DNA from: an uncultured Candidatus Entotheonella sp.
GTDB lineage: Bacteria > Tectomicrobia > Entotheonellia > Entotheonellales > Entotheonellaceae
Length of the DNA: 64,000 bases
Assembly: GCA_965217185.1 (NCBI GenBank)
Contig: OZ244252.1
Coordinates: forward strand, 2,656,001-2,720,000
Direction: 5' to 3'
Of this stretch, positions 60,525-64,000 are shown one piece after another. A program made the translations under genes and the position numbers. Positions within the stretch are counted from its first letter, which is position 1, and each line of letters opens with the position of its first letter. The notes beneath the pieces are model-generated. The model saw only the letters and a program-made list of their open reading frames with translations. It ran no database searches and had not been told where the DNA came from.

Positions 60525-63254
60525 ATGAATGCGCTCTCCTTCTGGGGCAAGGCGCAGCCCCTTGAATCCGACCGCGGCCCGCTATGGCACCCGCTGCCCT
60601 ACCATTGTCTCGACGTCGCTGCGATCGGCGAGGCGCTGCTGAACCGGCATCACGGCCTGCTGCAAAGCCTGTCCGGCTTATTGGGCCTGCCGAGTGAAGA
60701 AACCGTTTCCGTTTTCTGCTTCCTTCTGTGCCTGCACGACATCGGCAAGTTCGCCAAGAAATTTCAGGCAAAGGTACCAGAGCGTTACCCCGGCTGTTTT
60801 GGTGACGATCCTGCCTCTGTTCCAGACCGCTACGACCACGGCGCCGGGGGACTGCGCTTGTTTGATGCCGACGATGGTCTTTTCCATCTGCCCAGCGGTC
60901 CGAGCCGCCGTGTGTGGCGCGCCTTGGTCTCGGCGGTCGTCGGGCATCACGGCGCCCCACCGCAGCCGGTTTTCGGTGAGAGCCTTATCACCTTGCGACC
61001 CGATTTCGGCAAGGTAGGCATTGAGGCTGCCGGTATGTTCATCCAACAGGCACACGACCTGTTCGCCTTGCCGCAGGCGGTGCCGCCGCTCGAACGCGAA
61101 GGCGTACGGCGTGCGTCTTTCGCCCTCGCCGGCCTTGCCGTGCTGGCGGACTGGATCGGCTCCAAGCAGGAATGGTTTCCGTACTGCGAACCGATTCAAG
61201 ACCTCCAGGCATACTGGAACCATGCCCGGGAACAAGCGAAGGGCGCCGTTGAAGCGTCGGGCGTCTTGCCGGCCGGAAGTAACAACCATCTCGAATATGG
61301 CGCCTTGATTGGTACGGCTGTGTCACCGACTCCGATGCAGGATTGGACCAAGTCCGTCGAGTTACCAGACGGCCCGGCACTACTCCTGATCGAAGACGAA
61401 ACGGGCAGCGGCAAGACCGAGGCGGCCCTGATGCTCGCCCACCGACTGATGGCCTCCGGCCGGGCGGACGGCCTTTACGTGGCACTGCCCACCATGGCCA
61501 CGGCCAACGCCATGTTCGATCGGCTCGCCGCCGCTTATCGGCAGTTGTTCGCGGCAGGTGCCTTCCCCTCGATTGCCCTGGCTCACGGCGCGCGCGACAT
61601 GCACGCCGGTTTCCGGTCGGCGGTGCTGGCGGCCGGGCGCGACGAGGCTCTCTATTCACAGACTGGGGACCGGGAGGAGGGATCTGAAACGACGGCCTCG
61701 GCAGCCTGCGCGGCCTGGATTGCCGACGACAGGCGGCGCGCCTTCCTGGCCGATGCGGGTGCCGGCACGGTGGACCAGGCACTGTTGTCCATCCTGCCCA
61801 GTCGGCACCAATCGCTGCGGCTGCTGGGCCTCATGCGCCGTGCTCTCATTCTCGACGAGGTGCATGCGTACGATGCCTACATGCAGCGCGAGATCGAAAG
61901 GCTGCTCGAATTCCAGGCGGGGCTGGGCGGTTCTGCCATCCTGCTGTCGGCCACCTTGCCCCTGTCGGTCCGCAAACGGCTGGCTGACGCCTTCTCGAAA
62001 GGACTGGGAAACGAAGAGGTGACACACCACTCGGTCAACAGCGACATGGACTACCCATTGGCCACGGTCTGTGGAGCCAATGTCCGTACATCCACAAAGG
62101 TTGACGGGCAGCCCGGGCGGGCACGTACGCTTCCGGTGCGATTCCTCCGCACCCCGGAGGAGGCGCTGGTCGCAGTCGAGCAAGCAACTCGCAGCGATCA
62201 AGCAGTGCTCTACATTCGCAACACGGTCGATGACGCGCTCGAAGCCCACGCCGCGTTGACGGCCAGAGGTCTCGATGCCGCTATCTTCCACGCTCGTTTC
62301 GCACTCGTCGATCGCCTGCAAATCGAGAAGCGGGTGGTTGATACGTTCGGCAAACCCAAGCTCAGCACCCCTACACAACGAGCCGGCAGTGTGTTGATCG
62401 CCACGCAGGTGGTTGAGCAATCGCTGGACCTGGACTTTGATGCCCTAATCACCGATCTCGCGCCGATTGACCTGCTGATCCAACGTGCGGGCAGGCTGTG
62501 GCGGCACCACCGCCCCGAACGTGAAGGCCAGCCGGAATTGCTTGTAGTGGGACCGGAACCCATCGCCGACGCGGACGAAAAATGGTTCAGCCGGGCTTTC
62601 CCACGCGCCGCGTATGTTTACAAGGATCACGCCCGCCTGTGGCTGACGGCCAAAACGTTGGCTGACGCCGGCAGCATCGAAAGCCCTGGCGGTTTGCGGG
62701 CGCTCATTGAGGCCGTATACGGTGATGATGCCGAACTGGCCGTCCCAGAGGCACTGCAAGGCAGCTTCTTCGATGCAGAGGGCAGAGCGGGCGCCGAGCG
62801 TGGGGTGGCCAACACCAACGTGCTTGATCTTGCCAAGGGCTATGTGAGAGACGGCGGTGCCTGGGACAGCGACGTACGCACGCCAACCCGGCTCGTTGAC
62901 GATCCGCAAGTCACGCTGCGGCTCGCACGGGTCCGCGATGGCCGTATCGAGCCTTACGCGCCCCATGTCGAACCGGGCGAACCATGGCGGGCATGGCGGC
63001 TCAGCGAGGTGAACATTTCTGCGCGGCGTGTCGGCGGCGAAGCCGTGCCGTCTGAACATGCCGATGCTGTCCGCGCGGCAAAGATGGACTGGACGCGGTT
63101 CGATGCGGACAAGATTCTGGTGGTACTTGAGGAGTCCGAGGCCGGGGATCAAACCTGGTCTGGAACGGCGATGTCGGGCGGCGAGACGCCGACGGACGTC
63201 CGGCTCAGCTATAGTCCGCAGCGTGGCCTGACGACGGACAGGAAAGAACGATGA
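60525..63254 (+). CDS. cas3: CRISPR-associated HD nuclease-helicase Cas3 (type I-E-like)
   Basis: FWGKA, HPLPYHCLDVAA, LHDIGK, GHHG, LADWIGS, TGSGKTE, DEVH, LSAT, ATQVVEQSLDLDFD, QRAGRLWRH. Confidence 0.96.
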   Translation: MNALSFWGKAQPLESDRGPLWHPLPYHCLDVAAIGEALLNRHHGLLQSLSGLLGLPSEETVSVFCFLLCLHDIGKFAKKFQAKVPERYPGCFGDDPASVPDRYDHGAGGLRLFDADDGLFHLPSGPSRRVWRALVSAVVGHHGAPPQPVFGESLITLRPDFGKVGIEAAGMFIQQAHDLFALPQAVPPLEREGVRRASFALAGLAVLADWIGSKQEWFPYCEPIQDLQAYWNHAREQAKGAVEASGVLPAGSNNHLEYGALIGTAVSPTPMQDWTKSVELPDGPALLLIEDETGSGKTEAALMLAHRLMASGRADGLYVALPTMATANAMFDRLAAAYRQLFAAGAFPSIALAHGARDMHAGFRSAVLAAGRDEALYSQTGDREEGSETTASAACAAWIADDRRRAFLADAGAGTVDQALLSILPSRHQSLRLLGLMRRALILDEVHAYDAYMQREIERLLEFQAGLGGSAILLSATLPLSVRKRLADAFSKGLGNEEVTHHSVNSDMDYPLATVCGANVRTSTKVDGQPGRARTLPVRFLRTPEEALVAVEQATRSDQAVLYIRNTVDDALEAHAALTARGLDAAIFHARFALVDRLQIEKRVVDTFGKPKLSTPTQRAGSVLIATQVVEQSLDLDFDALITDLAPIDLLIQRAGRLWRHHRPEREGQPELLVVGPEPIADADEKWFSRAFPRAAYVYKDHARLWLTAKTLADAGSIESPGGLRALIEAVYGDDAELAVPEALQGSFFDAEGRAGAERGVANTNVLDLAKGYVRDGGAWDSDVRTPTRLVDDPQVTLRLARVRDGRIEPYAPHVEPGEPWRAWRLSEVNISARRVGGEAVPSEHADAVRAAKMDWTRFDADKILVVLEESEAGDQTWSGTAMSGGETPTDVRLSYSPQRGLTTDRKER

Positions 63255-63313
63255 GGGGGTAAGTCAAGCCATGTCCTGAAGACTACTTCGCGTCGGCGGC
63301 TTCGAGGAGCCGT

Positions 63314-63521
63314 TCACGCACGGTCGAATTCCTGGCGGGTGACCCAAGTCCCGTAGGATCGCTCTGACGGTTCCTGTGTTCAGTTCACGGGCGCCCCAAT
63401 TTGGAATGGTCGTTCTGCCGCCTGTCGATGGACGAATCCAGATCTCGTGATCACCACGGGCGCGTCTGTCCAGGACGCATCCGAGTCGATGCAGCTTGCG
63501 TGTGAGTTCGCTGTATCTCAA
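63314..63521 (-). CDS. hicA: HicA toxin (G-run indel near the C-terminus; the annotated ORF runs to 63264)
   Basis: ELTRKL..LGC..RGDHEIW..TTIP..GTVRAILRDLG; a shifted frame ends TRQEFDRA*. Confidence 0.85.
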
Positions 63522-63781
63522 ACCGCGACCATGACTTCACTGAAACCTTGATGCTCGCCGGCGTCAACGACAGCGGCGGCCACTTGAGGCGGAAGAGGAT
63601 CGCCGCGATCGCGGTATGACTCGATGAATGCTGCCGCAACGCATTGCAGGCTTTCCAAAGCCTGTGCAGCGGTGTCGCCCCACACCCGGCAACCGGGCAA
63701 ATCGGGTATCTCGGCCAGGTACTTGCCCTCGGTTTCGTCCGACGGTTCCCGCAGAACGGATCGTAACCGGTACAGATTCAT
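63518..63781 (-). CDS. hicB: HicB antitoxin (short form, no DNA-binding domain)
   Basis: YLAEIPDLPGCRVWGDT..AL..GDPLP; its stop overlaps the hicA start. Confidence 0.88.
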   Translation of the reverse strand: MNLYRLRSVLREPSDETEGKYLAEIPDLPGCRVWGDTAAQALESLQCVAAAFIESYRDRGDPLPPQVAAAVVDAGEHQGFSEVMVAV

Positions 63782-63918
63782 GTCATCCCCCAACGAATCG
63801 TCTAGTGCAGTATATAGGGCTTGACTCGTTCGGGAGTTTGTCGAATTTTCCCTGTTGAGGCAAGATCGACAGATGGCCTTGCCACCTGTCCAGCACTGTG
63901 CACCCATCAAGGCGCATC

Positions 63919-64000
63919 ATGTCCGAACCTGCTGTCTTCAATCTGATCAACGCCGCTTGACTGCCCGTCCGCCGCCGCAGCGGTGCCCTTGAGCATATTC
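63919..64000 (+). pseudogene. casA: N-terminus of Cas8e/Cse1 (CasA) with an in-frame TGA; runs off the window
   Basis: MSEPAVFNLINAA*LPVRRRSGALEHI matches the Cse1 FNL...WLPVRR.G start; TGA at 63958-63960 replaces Trp. Confidence 0.7.

Noticed and set aside
5341..63960. TGA recoded as Trp (TGA at conserved Trp in the IS701 remnant and cas8e)
   Set aside because: TGA terminates many intact genes here (e.g. tyrS, archease, cas3) and Trp is encoded by TGG; these are simple G-to-A changes.
63255..64000. CRISPR array or CreA-like mini-array
   Set aside because: No repeat-spacer pattern or type I-E repeat is visible here or elsewhere in the window.

Overview
GC-rich bacterial chromosomal window, most consistent with a marine-sponge symbiont (inferred from a swf-like PKS/FAS plus reductase-sulfotransferase cluster and a GPP34 gene). 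Intact housekeeping and transport genes (tyrS, etfBA, leuS, thiL, rtcB-archease, a glycine-betaine ABC system, an NCS2 permease) are interleaved with decaying accessory DNA: IS701 (full and deleted copies), ISAzo13, IS5, an orphan resolvase, an ATPase+TOPRIM pair, a frameshifted PKS cluster, and the start of a type I-E CRISPR-Cas locus with hicBA inserted between cas3 and a nonsense-mutated cas8e. The main unexplained structure is a ~7 kb island with no integrase between thiL and rtcB (27746-34924). It is punctuated by six full XerC/XerD dif-like sites (11-6/7-11 bp) and one half-site, which bracket one- or two-gene cassettes: small membrane proteins, a BrnT/BrnA toxin-antitoxin pair, an IS-disrupted membrane gene and an MmeI-like R-M gene. 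This looks like a chromosomal, integron-like array of dif modules. A further degenerate dif-like site lies at 1955-1982. All family calls are from motif recognition by eye; no searches were run.
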